Shown: positions 18,950 through 29,780, numbered from the stretch's first letter. The stretch is DNA of 64,000 nt from Candidatus Binatia bacterium (GCA_963664395.2 OY761159.2:2624001-2688000); one strand, 5' to 3'. Program-made: numbers and translations. Notes: generated by a model not told the origin, from the letters alone.

Positions 18950-20632
18950 CTATGCGCTACGCAGCACCCGCCCGGCAAACGCCCCGGTCTGGTCGAGCCC
19001 TGCCATAAAGACTTGGCCATTGACCAGGGTATACTCGTAGCCAGAGGACTTTTGAATATAGCGTCCGCTCCCGGCGGGGAAATCGTACACAAAGGTCGGC
19101 GGCGGCAGTCGCAGGTTGTCATAATCAATGACGTTGACATCGGCGTAGGCGCCTGCGCGGAGGACACCCCGATCGTGAATGCCAAACAGTTGGGCCGGTT
19201 CCGCGGTCAGCATATGAATGGCCCGTTCGAGCCCAAAGTGCTGGCGCTCCTTGACCCAGTATTTCAGAAAATAGGTCGGCAGGCTGGAATCCATGATCTG
19301 TCCGCAATGGGCGCCTGAGTCGCCCAGGCCGATGACGACCTGCGGATGATCCAGCATGTGTTGCACCGCATCAAAGTGTGGATTGAGGAACGGATAGTTG
19401 AACAGCGTCTCACCCTTATTTTCGAGAGACAAGGTGATGAAGGCTTCGCCCGGACTCACTCCAAGACGGTCGGCCTGCGTCTGGAGACTGTCTTGGGTCC
19501 CCAGGTCATAGCGTACTTCACCCTTGGGCAGGACAAATATCTGGCTGAAATCAATCGGCGGTGGATCATCTTTCGCTTCACGTACCATCTGAGCTTGATA
19601 CTCCGGGTCACGCAGCTTGGTGACTTTGTCGGTGAGACTCAGGTTGCGCAAGGCTCTCCACGCGGGCGCCCGGTCAAACGGCGTCCGATTCACAAAGCCG
19701 AACAACACGCCTATCCCCCGGGTGGTGGACTGGGCAAAGACTTTGGCTCCGCGTGTGGCGCTTGCGCTGATCTGGTCCAACACGGACGCATACGCCGTCG
19801 GATGTCGGCGGCTTTGGGCCAGGCCAAAGGTCACGGGTCGGCCGGTGGCCAAACTGACTTCCGTCATCCAATGCACTTCGCGTTGCAGGTCTTCCTGGCT
19901 GCCACTATCGATACCCGGAGCGGCCTCCACCACACCGCGCTTCAGATCGCCCAGCGCACTGGCAATCCCCATCAGCTCGTCAAATTCGGCAAAGGTGCCG
20001 GGAACCGGTTGACCCTCCGGCGTACGGTGGAGAATCGTCCGTGAGGTGGAAAATCCGAGCGCACCGCCGGAAATGGCTTCTGCGACAATATCACGCATCT
20101 TGCCAATGGCTTCGGGGCTGGCGGGTTTGTTTTCCAGGCTTTCTTCACCCATGGCCCAATAGCGGACCGCGCAGTGGCCCACCATGCCACCGACGTTGAC
20201 ACCCTTGGGGGCTGTATCGAGCGCCTTGAGATATTCTCCGTAGGTCTCCCATTTCCAGGGCATGCCTTCGGTAATGCTCGCCGCGGGAATATCTTCAACC
20301 GATTCCATCAAGTGCGCCAGGTAATCACGATCTTCTGGACGGCACGGGGCAAACGTCACGCCGCAGTTGCCCATGACCACCGAGGTCACGCCATGCCAAC
20401 ACGAGGAGGAGACGGCGGGGTCCCACCAGACCTGGGCGTCCAGGTGGGTGTGAATGTCAACAAAACCGGGGGTGACGATCTTGCCTTCGGCATTGATGGT
20501 CCGTTTGGCCGAGCCGGTCACCGTACCGATTTCGGCAATCCGATCACCCTGGATTGCAACATCCGCCTGCCGTTGTTGATTCCCGGTTCCGTCGATGACG
20601 GTTCCGTTTTTAATGACGATATCGTAGGCCAT
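18950..20632 (-). CDS. Amidohydrolase (N-acyl-D-amino-acid deacylase family)
   Basis: YDIVIKNGTVIDGTG, PGFVDIHTH, GVTSVVMGNCG, GDSGAH, DRGVLRAGAYADV. Confidence 0.92.
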   Translation of the reverse strand: MAYDIVIKNGTVIDGTGNQQRQADVAIQGDRIAEIGTVTGSAKRTINAEGKIVTPGFVDIHTHLDAQVWWDPAVSSSCWHGVTSVVMGNCGVTFAPCRPEDRDYLAHLMESVEDIPAASITEGMPWKWETYGEYLKALDTAPKGVNVGGMVGHCAVRYWAMGEESLENKPASPEAIGKMRDIVAEAISGGALGFSTSRTILHRTPEGQPVPGTFAEFDELMGIASALGDLKRGVVEAAPGIDSGSQEDLQREVHWMTEVSLATGRPVTFGLAQSRRHPTAYASVLDQISASATRGAKVFAQSTTRGIGVLFGFVNRTPFDRAPAWRALRNLSLTDKVTKLRDPEYQAQMVREAKDDPPPIDFSQIFVLPKGEVRYDLGTQDSLQTQADRLGVSPGEAFITLSLENKGETLFNYPFLNPHFDAVQHMLDHPQVVIGLGDSGAHCGQIMDSSLPTYFLKYWVKERQHFGLERAIHMLTAEPAQLFGIHDRGVLRAGAYADVNVIDYDNLRLPPPTFVYDFPAGSGRYIQKSSGYEYTLVNGQVFMAGLDQTGAFAGRVLRSA

Positions 20633-20726
20633 ACTTCCTCCTTCGTTTACTCAGTTCGTAGCCCGTGAGCGCTTCAACGCCCCACTCTGCGCAATCCGAG
20701 ACTCTGTGTCAATTCGACTCAAAAAA

Positions 20727-20955
20727 TCCCCTCCCTGGAGGGGTGGCGCGTAGCGCCGGGGTGGGTTCCCCGGCCCATTATTGGTTTCAGTCTCCTACCG
20801 AGGTGAGTGGTCAGTTCGACGTAGAAAATCAAGATAGTGCCAAAGGACTGAACCGACTTTTTCACACTTCGCTATTCTGGGAGCGCGGCCATCTTGGCCG
20901 CGCTCCCAGGCAAAAGAAATCCACCCCGCTGCTATGTAGCACCCCTCCGGGGATG
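20727..20955. repeat. Cluster of REP-like palindromic elements
   Basis: CCCCTCC-ct-GGAGGGG plus GGCGC..GCGCC (20727-20765); perfect 15-bp stem CTGGGAGCGCGGCCA-tct-TGGCCGCGCTCCCAG (20877-20909); CCCC-tcc-GGGG near 20942. Confidence 0.65.
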
Positions 20956-21022
20956 TGATGGGGACTGGTCGCTGAGTCTTACAGCTCTGACTAAATATTA
21001 TCTTGTAGGAGAAGAGCAAGCA

Positions 21023-23326
21023 CTACCGCATCGCCACCGCCAGCACCTGTGTATAATCGGTCAAGCCCTGAATACATTTCAGAACGCCGTCCTGCATGAG
21101 CGTGATCAGACCCTGGCGGCGGGCGGCGGTGAGGAGGTCGGTGACTGGGGCGCGGGTGAGAATCAGGCTTTTGATCTCGTCTGTGACCACAAGGAGTTCG
21201 TGTAATCCGACCCGACCTTTATAGCCGGTTTGACGACACGCCTGGCAACCGGCCCCGCGGACCAACCGAAAGTCATCATCATAGGGGATATTGAGCTGAG
21301 CAAATGCCTCTTCGCCATAGGCGTGCAGCAGTGCATCGTACTCTTCTTTTGGTGGATGGTAGGGCTCTTTGCAGTTGGCACACACCGTCCGGGCGAGCCG
21401 CTGGGCCAGAATGCCAAGTAACGCATCGGCAAAATTAAAGGGGTCGAGCTGCATTTCGAGCAGCCGGGTCACCGTCTCTACGGCGCTGTTGGTATGTAAC
21501 GTGCTCAACACCAGATGGCCGGTCAAGGATGCCTGCATGCTGATACCGGCCGTCTCACGATCACGAATTTCACCGACCATGATGATGTCGGGGTCGGCGC
21601 GGAGAAAAGACCGCAGGGCCGCGGCAAAGTCAAAACCTATTTTTGGATTCACCTGGACTTGACGCAGACCCAACTGAGAGATTTCAACCGGGTCTTCCGC
21701 GGTCCAGATTTTTTTCTCCGGTGTATTCAAGTATTCGAGCGCGGCGTGCAGAGTGGTCGTCTTGCCTGAACCGGTCGGTCCGACGCACAGCAGCATGCCG
21801 TAGGGTTTACGTAAGAGCTGCTGAAACGTCTGGAGATTGTCGGGCGACATCTTGAGTTGAGCCAGAGGAATCGGCTCATGGGTGGTCAGCAGGCGGAGTA
21901 CGACATCCTCATTGCCCGCCCCCGCGGTCGGGATGGTTGCGACGCGCAGCTCAAGATCGCGATGAGTATTGCGACTATCCAGGCGAAACTTGATCTTCCC
22001 GTCCTGCGGTTTGCGCCGTTCGGCAATATCAAGCTGGGCGAGAACCTTAATGCGCGAGGTAATGGCCCGCCGGTTGCGCGAGGGAACGTGGAGGTGGGCA
22101 TAACAACTCCCGTCTTCGCGAAAGCGGATAACGGTCTCCTGTCGCTCACCCTGGGGTTCGATATGAATATCGGACGCACCCACCTTATAGGCGTCGATAA
22201 TAATCTGGTTGACCAGGCGGACAATGGCACTGTCATCCTCGTCCACTTCGGCTTCCGGGCTGGCGGCTGCATCGTCTTGGTCTTCCGCCACAAGTTGGCC
22301 CAGGATAGCGGTCCGAGAGGCATCTGAAGCCAGGTCCGTACTGACCAGCGTGACCAGTTTGCCGATGTCCTCCCGCAGGCCGACGACGTAGGCAATTTTT
22401 TTGCCGGGGAAGAGACGCCGAATGTCCTGCTGCTTCTGAAAATCACGCGGGTCGTCGGTGAGGACCTCCACTACGTCATCCGTGGCCCGTAACGGAAGCC
22501 AATAATTTGCCTGAAGATAACTCGGATTGATGCCCTGGATGAGGTCGGGCGCAATATCGAGGTGTTGGCTCGCCTCCAGAAACGGACACCGGTAGAATCC
22601 GCTCAGCGCCTGCCCGATCTCGCGTTTGGGCACCCCAAACCGCTCGATCAAAATCGACTCAGTCGGCGTTCCCGTGGTGTGAGAGGCGGCTATGGCTTCT
22701 TCAAGCTGCGGCTGGGTGACGTGCTGTGAAGCGACCAGGGAATCGAATTTGGTCTGTCGGGCTGCGAGTTGGTACTGGTTATGCAGCGCAATCCCGAGCG
22801 TTGCCGCGACTTCTTTGACCTTTTCCTGGTCTGTTGGGGTAAACCGTGCCGCCCCTTTTTTATTGATGAGCTGAATCACACCGGTCAGGGTGTCGGTCGT
22901 GTCGCAGATGGGGACGGTCAATATCTGCCTGGTGCGTATGCCCGTTTTTACATCCCAGGAGCGGTCAAAAGAGAGGTCGGGGCTCAGTTGGCGTAACTCG
23001 GCAGCATTATAGGCATCCGTAATATTCACGATTTGTTTGTGCTGCGCCACAAAGCCGGCAACGCTGCGGTTCCCAATCGGAACGCGAATCTCGTGAAGCT
23101 GGTCAATATCGAGAAATCGAGAGTAGAGTTCGGCTTTTCCCTGCTCCACGGCGTACAGGGTAAGATGTTCGGCGTCAAACAGACTCAGCATGTCGCGGCT
23201 GAGGGAGACCAGAAGTTCATCGAGATTCGAAGCGGCGTGGATGTGATTCGTGACCGCTTTGACCCGTTCGGCATAATCGACGCGTGCCCGGAGGGCAGTG
23301 AGCGTGGCGGTGTCTGGCTGTGGCAT
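21023..23326 (-). CDS. GAF-domain GspE/PilB family secretion ATPase
   Basis: N-terminal GAF (SVAGFVA...FDRSWDVKTG...QLINK); ASDIHIEP, GPTGSGKTTT, TAEDPVE, RADPDIIMVGEIRD, TGHLVLSTLHTN, CxxC..CxxC. Confidence 0.92.
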   Translation of the reverse strand: MPQPDTATLTALRARVDYAERVKAVTNHIHAASNLDELLVSLSRDMLSLFDAEHLTLYAVEQGKAELYSRFLDIDQLHEIRVPIGNRSVAGFVAQHKQIVNITDAYNAAELRQLSPDLSFDRSWDVKTGIRTRQILTVPICDTTDTLTGVIQLINKKGAARFTPTDQEKVKEVAATLGIALHNQYQLAARQTKFDSLVASQHVTQPQLEEAIAASHTTGTPTESILIERFGVPKREIGQALSGFYRCPFLEASQHLDIAPDLIQGINPSYLQANYWLPLRATDDVVEVLTDDPRDFQKQQDIRRLFPGKKIAYVVGLREDIGKLVTLVSTDLASDASRTAILGQLVAEDQDDAAASPEAEVDEDDSAIVRLVNQIIIDAYKVGASDIHIEPQGERQETVIRFREDGSCYAHLHVPSRNRRAITSRIKVLAQLDIAERRKPQDGKIKFRLDSRNTHRDLELRVATIPTAGAGNEDVVLRLLTTHEPIPLAQLKMSPDNLQTFQQLLRKPYGMLLCVGPTGSGKTTTLHAALEYLNTPEKKIWTAEDPVEISQLGLRQVQVNPKIGFDFAAALRSFLRADPDIIMVGEIRDRETAGISMQASLTGHLVLSTLHTNSAVETVTRLLEMQLDPFNFADALLGILAQRLARTVCANCKEPYHPPKEEYDALLHAYGEEAFAQLNIPYDDDFRLVRGAGCQACRQTGYKGRVGLHELLVVTDEIKSLILTRAPVTDLLTAARRQGLITLMQDGVLKCIQGLTDYTQVLAVAMR

Positions 23327-23584
23327 CCCTAGTCTTCTAGCTGATTCTTTCGCAATACTGAATATCCACGACCGCGCGCGGTGGTCCGGTCGATTGTAGC
23401 GCGGCACTGATAAGAACGTTCGTGTCGAGAACGATACGCTCAGCTTTCATCGGCCCGCGATTTTTTTCACAAGTCCATAATAACTATTATGGACTTTTTG
23501 GGCAATCAATTCCGACATTTTGAGGAGTGCAGGTTCCCTGCCTCGCTTGTTTCCAGCCGAGCGGGTGTGGTACACGGGGAATCC

Positions 23585-25162
23585 ATGAATTTGGTGCACC
23601 ATTTCTGGAACCAACTTTCTCACGACGCAGACCGCCTGCTGTTTGAATATTTAGCCCCTTCGGGAGAAGTCACGTGGCGTCAAACGCGTGGAGAATTGCT
23701 CACCGAAGCGTCCCTGTGGATGGCCGCTCTGCGCGGCGCAGGCATCCAGCCGGGGGACCGGGTTGCCCTGTCGTTGGGTAAATCAACCGGTCTTGTCACC
23801 GCCCACCTGGCTATTCTTGGTGTTGGTGCCGGCGTGGTGCCGCTCAACCCGGCCCTCTCTGCGGTCGAGACTGAAGCCGTCCTCAAGCAGGCCGAGGTCA
23901 AACTGGCGATTACGACCGCGCCAACGGTCAGTCGGGCGCCGGAGATTATCAAAGCAGTCAACGGACCGTGGTGGGTCGCCGCCCCTCATGAAGATGCGCA
24001 CCATGTGGACGCTCTTCCTCAGCATACCGTTGCATTAGCCAGCGTCTTGGCCGGACATCACACTGGCGCTGAACCCTATATCGGCGCGGATGACGATGTT
24101 GCCCTGCTGCTCTTCACGAGTGGAACAACCGGGCAACCCAAGGGCGTTGGGCTGACTCACCGGAACATCGGCTCCAACCTCCAAGCCCTGTTGGTTGATA
24201 CCTGGAGGATGAACGCCCAGGATCGTCTTTTGCACGCCCTCCCGCCGCATCATCTGCACGGTTTGGGCCTTGGCCTGTACGGGACGCTGTATGTTGGCAA
24301 CGCGGCTGTTCTCCTGGACCGCTTCGACCCCGTAGGTGTACTGACTGCGTTGGCTCGACAGCGCATTAGTGTGTTTATGGGTGTCCCGACTATGTATCAT
24401 CGCATGACCGAACGCATGCCTGAGTTGGCCGGAGACGTGTCCTATGCCTCAATGCGGCTGTTTATCTCCGGCTCTGCGCCCCTCTCGCCGGAGACCTTTC
24501 GGCGTTTCGAGGAGCAGTCGGGATTTCGTATCGTCGAGCGCTATGGCCTCACCGAGACCGCGATTAATACGTCCAACCCGTTAGATGCCGAGCGCCGCCC
24601 CGGTACGGTTGGCAGAGCCTTGCCGGGGATCGAGGTTGGTATCTTCGACCCACAAACGCAGCAGCAACTCTCGCCTGGGGAGACCGGAGAAATCTGGGTG
24701 CGTGGTCCGAACGTATTCAGCGGCTATTGGAACAATCCGGCGGCAACCGCGGCAGCCTTTCATGCCGACTGGTTCCGCACCGGAGATTTAGGCGTCTTAT
24801 CCGCAGACGACTATCTGTCCATCACTGGCCGGATGAAAGAACTGATCATTGTGGGCGGAACCAATGTCACGCCGGGGGAGGTAGAGGCGGTGTTGGAAAC
24901 GGAGGCCGGCGTACGTGAGTGCGCGGTTGCAGGGGTGCCGGATGCGGACTTGGGCGAAAAAGTCGCGGCTTTTATTGTTCCCCAGGACGGCCAGGACGCG
25001 GCCGCCCTCGAAGCCCGGCTGCGCAAACGGCTCGAACAAGACCTCGCGCCCTATAAGCGTCCACGTCTGTATCGCTTTCTGACTGAAATTCCGCGCAACG
25101 CCATGGGCAAGGTCGAACGCGCTAAGCTCAAGGACATAGGCGCCGAAGCCCAGGAGAACTGA
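23585..25162 (+). CDS. AMP-binding acyl-CoA synthetase (MatB/malonyl-CoA synthetase-like)
   Basis: FTSGTTGQPKG, ERYGLTE, WFRTGDLG, PRNAMGKV. Confidence 0.9.
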   Translation: MNLVHHFWNQLSHDADRLLFEYLAPSGEVTWRQTRGELLTEASLWMAALRGAGIQPGDRVALSLGKSTGLVTAHLAILGVGAGVVPLNPALSAVETEAVLKQAEVKLAITTAPTVSRAPEIIKAVNGPWWVAAPHEDAHHVDALPQHTVALASVLAGHHTGAEPYIGADDDVALLLFTSGTTGQPKGVGLTHRNIGSNLQALLVDTWRMNAQDRLLHALPPHHLHGLGLGLYGTLYVGNAAVLLDRFDPVGVLTALARQRISVFMGVPTMYHRMTERMPELAGDVSYASMRLFISGSAPLSPETFRRFEEQSGFRIVERYGLTETAINTSNPLDAERRPGTVGRALPGIEVGIFDPQTQQQLSPGETGEIWVRGPNVFSGYWNNPAATAAAFHADWFRTGDLGVLSADDYLSITGRMKELIIVGGTNVTPGEVEAVLETEAGVRECAVAGVPDADLGEKVAAFIVPQDGQDAAALEARLRKRLEQDLAPYKRPRLYRFLTEIPRNAMGKVERAKLKDIGAEAQEN

Positions 25163-25186
25163 AGGAAGCCTGAAGGAGCAGAGATC

Positions 25187-26050
25187 ATGCAGCTCGTCAC
25201 CTATGAACGGAACAATCAACGCAGCACAGGCGCATTGACCGCTGCCGGCGTTGTAGATTTACCGAGCGCCTCCAACGACACGATCCCCGGAGATATGCTG
25301 CGCTTGCTCCAAGGGGGAGAAGCCGGGCTCGCTCGGGCGCGGGAAGCAGTAGCCGCCGGCAGTCCTGTTCCACTGGCCGATATTCAGCTCAAAGCCCCTC
25401 TTGCGAGACCGGGTAAAATCCTCGGTATTGGATTGAACTATGCTGACCACGCCGCAGAAGGGGGCAGACAGAAACCGGACTATCCGCTGATTTTTGCGAA
25501 GACCGTGCCGGCGGCGACCGGCATCGGTGAAGCCATTCGACTCCCGCACGTGAGTCAGATGGTTGATTTCGAGGGCGAGCTGGCTGTGGTGATTGGCACC
25601 TTGGCCAAAGATATTTCAGCCCAAGACGCTCTCCATTACATTGCCGGCTATACCATTTGTAATGATGTGAGCGCGCGCGACTATCAGCGCCGGAGCGGCC
25701 ATACGCCCGGCAAGTCGTTTGAGACCTTTGCGCCGCTGGGGCCGGCCATTGTCACCCGAGATGAGATTCCCGACCCGCACCTCTTGGACATTCGGACCGT
25801 GGTGAGCGGGCAGGAAATGCAGCACTCCAACACGAAGAATCTGATTTTTCGGATTCCTTACCTGATCGAGTATCTGTCGCATATCTTTCCACTGGAACCG
25901 GGCGACGTGATCACCACCGGAACCCCCTCAGGAGTAGGCGCATATCGCGAGCCGCCCCGCTTTCTCAAGGCTGGCGATACGGTCCGGATTGAAGTGGAGG
26001 GGCTTGGCGTTTTGGAAAACCCGGTGGTAGCCGGCCAAGACGGTGCGTAG
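25187..26050 (+). CDS. Fumarylacetoacetate hydrolase family protein
   Basis: IGLNYADH, DFEGELAVVIG, NDVSARD, GKSFETF, PGDVITTGTPSGVG. Confidence 0.93.
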   Translation: MQLVTYERNNQRSTGALTAAGVVDLPSASNDTIPGDMLRLLQGGEAGLARAREAVAAGSPVPLADIQLKAPLARPGKILGIGLNYADHAAEGGRQKPDYPLIFAKTVPAATGIGEAIRLPHVSQMVDFEGELAVVIGTLAKDISAQDALHYIAGYTICNDVSARDYQRRSGHTPGKSFETFAPLGPAIVTRDEIPDPHLLDIRTVVSGQEMQHSNTKNLIFRIPYLIEYLSHIFPLEPGDVITTGTPSGVGAYREPPRFLKAGDTVRIEVEGLGVLENPVVAGQDGA

Positions 26051-26067
26051 GGTGCGCCCTGCGCACC
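26047..26067 (+). repeat. GTAG-type REP element
   Basis: GTAG-GGTGCG-ccctg-CGCACC overlapping the stop codon. Confidence 0.6.
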
Positions 26068-26089
26068 ATCCGGCTGCTATAGTAAGGGC

Positions 26090-27700
26090 GTGCCCTTGAC
26101 TGACCTGCCCGGAGACTCTTTTCGCGGTCGGCCTGACCCTTTACGGTCTCGAATCGCTCGGAAAGGCCGTCCCATTGTTATTGCGACCCTGCTGAGCCGC
26201 CCGCTGGGTTTCATCCGGGAAGCCGTCCAGGCGGCGCTGTTTGGTGCCTCTCGCCTGACGGATGCCTTTCTGGTTGCGTATAACGTCCCGGAAATGATGC
26301 AGACTCTCTTCTTTAGTGGGGCGCTGAGCAATTTTTTTGTACCGGTCATCACCCGCTACCGCGACAAGAAAGAGGAGCTGAGTACGATTTTCAGCCTGGC
26401 GCTGAATGGTGCCTTACTGGTGGCCGTGCTGCTGGCCGGCGGGTGTTATGTCTTCGCCTCCGGCCTCATGACTGTCGCCGCGCCCGGTTTGGCCGGAGAC
26501 GATCATGTCTTAGCGGTTTCCCTGTTTCGTTTCATGCTGCCCATGCTGGTCCTGCACTGCCTGCTGGCCGTGATGAAAGGCACGCTCAACAGCCTTGACC
26601 ACTACGCCATGCCGGAATACGCCGGTGTGTTTTTCAATCTTGTCATGATTGGGTGCGCGCTGGCCCTCGCGCCAACGTATGGCATTACCAGCCTGGCAAT
26701 CGGCGTTGTCGCCGGCAGCAGCCTCCAAGTGCTGGTCCAGATTCCCAGCCTGAGACGGCACGGTATCCGGTATCGACTGACCCTGGCTTTCTCCCACCCG
26801 GCCCTGCGAGAAATGGGTGGCCTCGCGCTCGGCGCATTTATTGCCACCGCGGTCGTGCCCATCAACGCCTTTGTGGCTCGGGCCATGGCTTCAACGCTGC
26901 CGGAAGGCAGTATCTCCGCCCTTGCGTATGCCTTTCGAGTATTCTTGTTGCCCGTCAGCTTGGTCGCGGTTCCGGTCTATACCGTCCTGCTGACTGAACT
27001 CTCAAGCGCGCATAACGAGGGACAGCTTGCGACCTTCAAAAAAAAAGCGGAGGCCGGACTCTCTCTGCTCTTCGCCGCTGCCCTGCCAGCCACGGCGATA
27101 CTGATTGCCCTGGCTCTGCCCATAACCCGCCTGCTGTATGAACGCGGCCAATTTACGCCAGAGGACGCACTCATGACCGGCCAGGCACTCATGGCCTACG
27201 GGATTGGCACCCTGGCCTATGGAACCAGTCAGGTTATGGTGCGCCTCTTCAACGCCACAAAAGACACCCGGACTCCCGCTTGGATTGGTGTTGGTTCGAT
27301 TGTTTTTCATGCGGCTGGCTGTTGGCTGCTGATGCAGATATGGAGCCACTGGGGCATTGCCCTGGTGACCTCGCTGGTGTCCTATCTGCATACGCTCGTC
27401 CTGTACGTCATCTTTCGGCGACGGCACGGTCCGCTTGATGAAGGAACGCTCCTTCGGAGTCTTGGAGCCCATGTCCTGTTAGCCACGATTGTGGGAGGCT
27501 GCCTGTTTTTTCTCAGTCAACCCCTGTCCGCTGCCACCGGCTCACTCATGACCCTGGAGCGGCTGCTGTACCTGGCTGGGGTCCTGGCCGCCGGCGGCGG
27601 TGTCTATCTTGTGCTCGGTCTGCTGTGCAAAGTCGAAGAGGTCTGTACGTTGGTACGGATGCTCAAGCAGGCCGCCGCATTTCGGAGAGGGCCGAAATAA
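26090..27700 (+). CDS. murJ: Lipid II flippase MurJ (MviN)
   Basis: SRPLGFIRE, DAFLVAYNVP, GALSNFFVPV, LYERGQF, DTRTP; ~14 TM. Confidence 0.92.
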   Translation: MPLTDLPGDSFRGRPDPLRSRIARKGRPIVIATLLSRPLGFIREAVQAALFGASRLTDAFLVAYNVPEMMQTLFFSGALSNFFVPVITRYRDKKEELSTIFSLALNGALLVAVLLAGGCYVFASGLMTVAAPGLAGDDHVLAVSLFRFMLPMLVLHCLLAVMKGTLNSLDHYAMPEYAGVFFNLVMIGCALALAPTYGITSLAIGVVAGSSLQVLVQIPSLRRHGIRYRLTLAFSHPALREMGGLALGAFIATAVVPINAFVARAMASTLPEGSISALAYAFRVFLLPVSLVAVPVYTVLLTELSSAHNEGQLATFKKKAEAGLSLLFAAALPATAILIALALPITRLLYERGQFTPEDALMTGQALMAYGIGTLAYGTSQVMVRLFNATKDTRTPAWIGVGSIVFHAAGCWLLMQIWSHWGIALVTSLVSYLHTLVLYVIFRRRHGPLDEGTLLRSLGAHVLLATIVGGCLFFLSQPLSAATGSLMTLERLLYLAGVLAAGGGVYLVLGLLCKVEEVCTLVRMLKQAAAFRRGPK

Positions 27701-27714
27701 AATCTGCCCTAGTG

Positions 27715-29604
27715 TTAGTGCGGTATGGCTTCAAGCACTTCCCAGCGTTCGTACGATTGGGCTAATTCTCGTTCGATGTCTTGTAAGCGCTGCTGCACTG
27801 TCACGATCTCCTCTCCGCCCCGGCGATAGAGTGCGGGATTGGCAAGTTGCGTGTGTATCTCTGCCTGCTCGCGCTCAAGCGATTCAATGTGTTGCGGCAG
27901 TGTTTCGAGCTCACGCTGTTCCTTGTAGCTGCGCTTGCGCTGGCGTTCCCGTTGTGGGGGTACCGCTTTCGACTCGAGTTGCTGCGGTGCGGTTTTCGCA
28001 GCCTCAACAGGACGGCGCTGGCGCAGCCAGTCATCATAGCCACCAACATATTCGTTTACTTGTCCGTCACCTTCAAAGACGAGCGTGCTGGTGACAACAT
28101 TATTGAGAAACGTGCGGTCATGGCTGACGAGAAGAATCGTCCCCGAGTATTCGAGCAGGAGTTCTTCGAGCAGTTCCAGGGTCTCAGCGTCGAGATCATT
28201 CGTTGGCTCGTCCAAGACCAGGACATTCGAGGGCAGGGTAAACAGGCGGGCGAGTAACAAGCGGTTCCGTTCTCCTCCGGACAACACGCTGACCGAACTC
28301 CGGGCTCGATCCGGAGAAAAGAGAAAGTCTTGCAGGTAGCCTATAATATGGCGGTCTTTGCCATTGAAGGTGACATAATCGTTCCCCCGTCCAACAATCT
28401 CTTGGACTGTTTTGTCTTCATCAAGGGGGCTGCGGAGTTGGTCAAAATACGAGACCGCTAATTTGGTGCCGTGGTGAACATCTCCCTTCTGAGGCGAAAG
28501 CGCGCCCAGCAAAAGTTGAAGAAGCGTAGTCTTCCCCACCCCATTCGGGCCAATAATACCAATCTTATCGCCTCGCATAATCGTGCCAGAAAAATCATTG
28601 ACAACGGGCAGGTCTCCATACGCATAGCTGACATCCTGTGCGCGAAGAACAAGTTTTCCGGATCGTTCGGCTTCTTGAACTTGTAGCCGTACCGTGCCCG
28701 GTTGCTCTCGGCGGTTCCTCCGGGTTTGCCGTAGTTCCTGAAGGGCATGCACGCGGCCTTCATTCCGAGTCCGCCGGGCTTTAATGCCTTGACGAATCCA
28801 GGCCTCTTCCTGGGCTAACTTTTTATCGAACTGGGCCCGGTGTTGGGCCTCGGTCTCAAGCGCTGCGTGCTTACGTTCCAAGTATGTCTGATAGTCACAC
28901 GACCAACTCGTTAAACGTCCCCGGTCAAGTTCCACAATGCGCGTGGCGAGCTTTTTGAGCAGCAGGCGATCGTGGGTGACAAATAAGAGGGTCTTGGCCT
29001 GTTGCAGCAAGAACTCTTCGAGCCAGGTGATAGACTCTACGTCGAGATGGTTGGTTGGTTCGTCGAGCAGCAAAATATCGGGATCACTCACCAACGCCTC
29101 GGCAAGTAAGACGCGGCGTTTCAGCCCGCCGGAAAGCGTGTCAAACACGGCGCGCTCGTCGAGTTTCAGATGGGTCAGGGTTCGTTCGACCTGCTGATGC
29201 ACCAGCCACCCCCCGTTGCCATCCAGCGCCTGTTGGAGAGTATTTAATCGCCGGAGCAATTTTGGGTCACTCTTTTGACTCACCTGGGCACTGACGGTGT
29301 GATAGTCAGTCAGGGTTTCGCCCAGCCTGCCTAAGCCTTGGGTCACGCGCTGCAACACAGTCCCAGGGAGAGACGGCGGAATTTCCTGCGGAAGAAAGCT
29401 GGTGCGCATATCCTTTGCGCACACGACCTGACCGGCATCGGGGCGGACCTCACCCTGAATCACCTTCATCAGGGTAGACTTTCCCGTCCCGTTGCGACCC
29501 AGGATGCCAACCCGCTCGCCCGCTTCGAGTTGCAAACTTACGCCGTCCAGCAACGGCGGGTCGCCAAAGCTGACCTGGAGGTCTTGAAGGCTCAGTAATG
29601 CCAT
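27715..29604 (-). CDS. uup: ABC-F family ATPase Uup
   Basis: Two ABC domains; WIRQGIKARRTRNEGRV linker; C-terminal coiled coil ending RWEVLE. Confidence 0.93.
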   Translation of the reverse strand: MALLSLQDLQVSFGDPPLLDGVSLQLEAGERVGILGRNGTGKSTLMKVIQGEVRPDAGQVVCAKDMRTSFLPQEIPPSLPGTVLQRVTQGLGRLGETLTDYHTVSAQVSQKSDPKLLRRLNTLQQALDGNGGWLVHQQVERTLTHLKLDERAVFDTLSGGLKRRVLLAEALVSDPDILLLDEPTNHLDVESITWLEEFLLQQAKTLLFVTHDRLLLKKLATRIVELDRGRLTSWSCDYQTYLERKHAALETEAQHRAQFDKKLAQEEAWIRQGIKARRTRNEGRVHALQELRQTRRNRREQPGTVRLQVQEAERSGKLVLRAQDVSYAYGDLPVVNDFSGTIMRGDKIGIIGPNGVGKTTLLQLLLGALSPQKGDVHHGTKLAVSYFDQLRSPLDEDKTVQEIVGRGNDYVTFNGKDRHIIGYLQDFLFSPDRARSSVSVLSGGERNRLLLARLFTLPSNVLVLDEPTNDLDAETLELLEELLLEYSGTILLVSHDRTFLNNVVTSTLVFEGDGQVNEYVGGYDDWLRQRRPVEAAKTAPQQLESKAVPPQRERQRKRSYKEQRELETLPQHIESLEREQAEIHTQLANPALYRRGGEEIVTVQQRLQDIERELAQSYERWEVLEAIPH

Positions 29605-29780
29605 GTCAGGAGGTTTTTCATATTCGAGGGCGGAAGGCTATTGCGGTCATGCGCTATGGATGCTCGTACCAGTGTTGTAAAATATCCACTTCGACACAAT
29701 GATAATAGCCTCAAGTCAACCGCTTTATCTCTGGAGTGTTTTCGAGTAAACAAAGCGGGCATCGTGGAAGGAAGGCTATT

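Noticed and set aside
27038-27046. A9 tract in murJ as a contingency locus
   Set aside because: It is an in-frame KKK in a normally essential gene, with no sign of switching.
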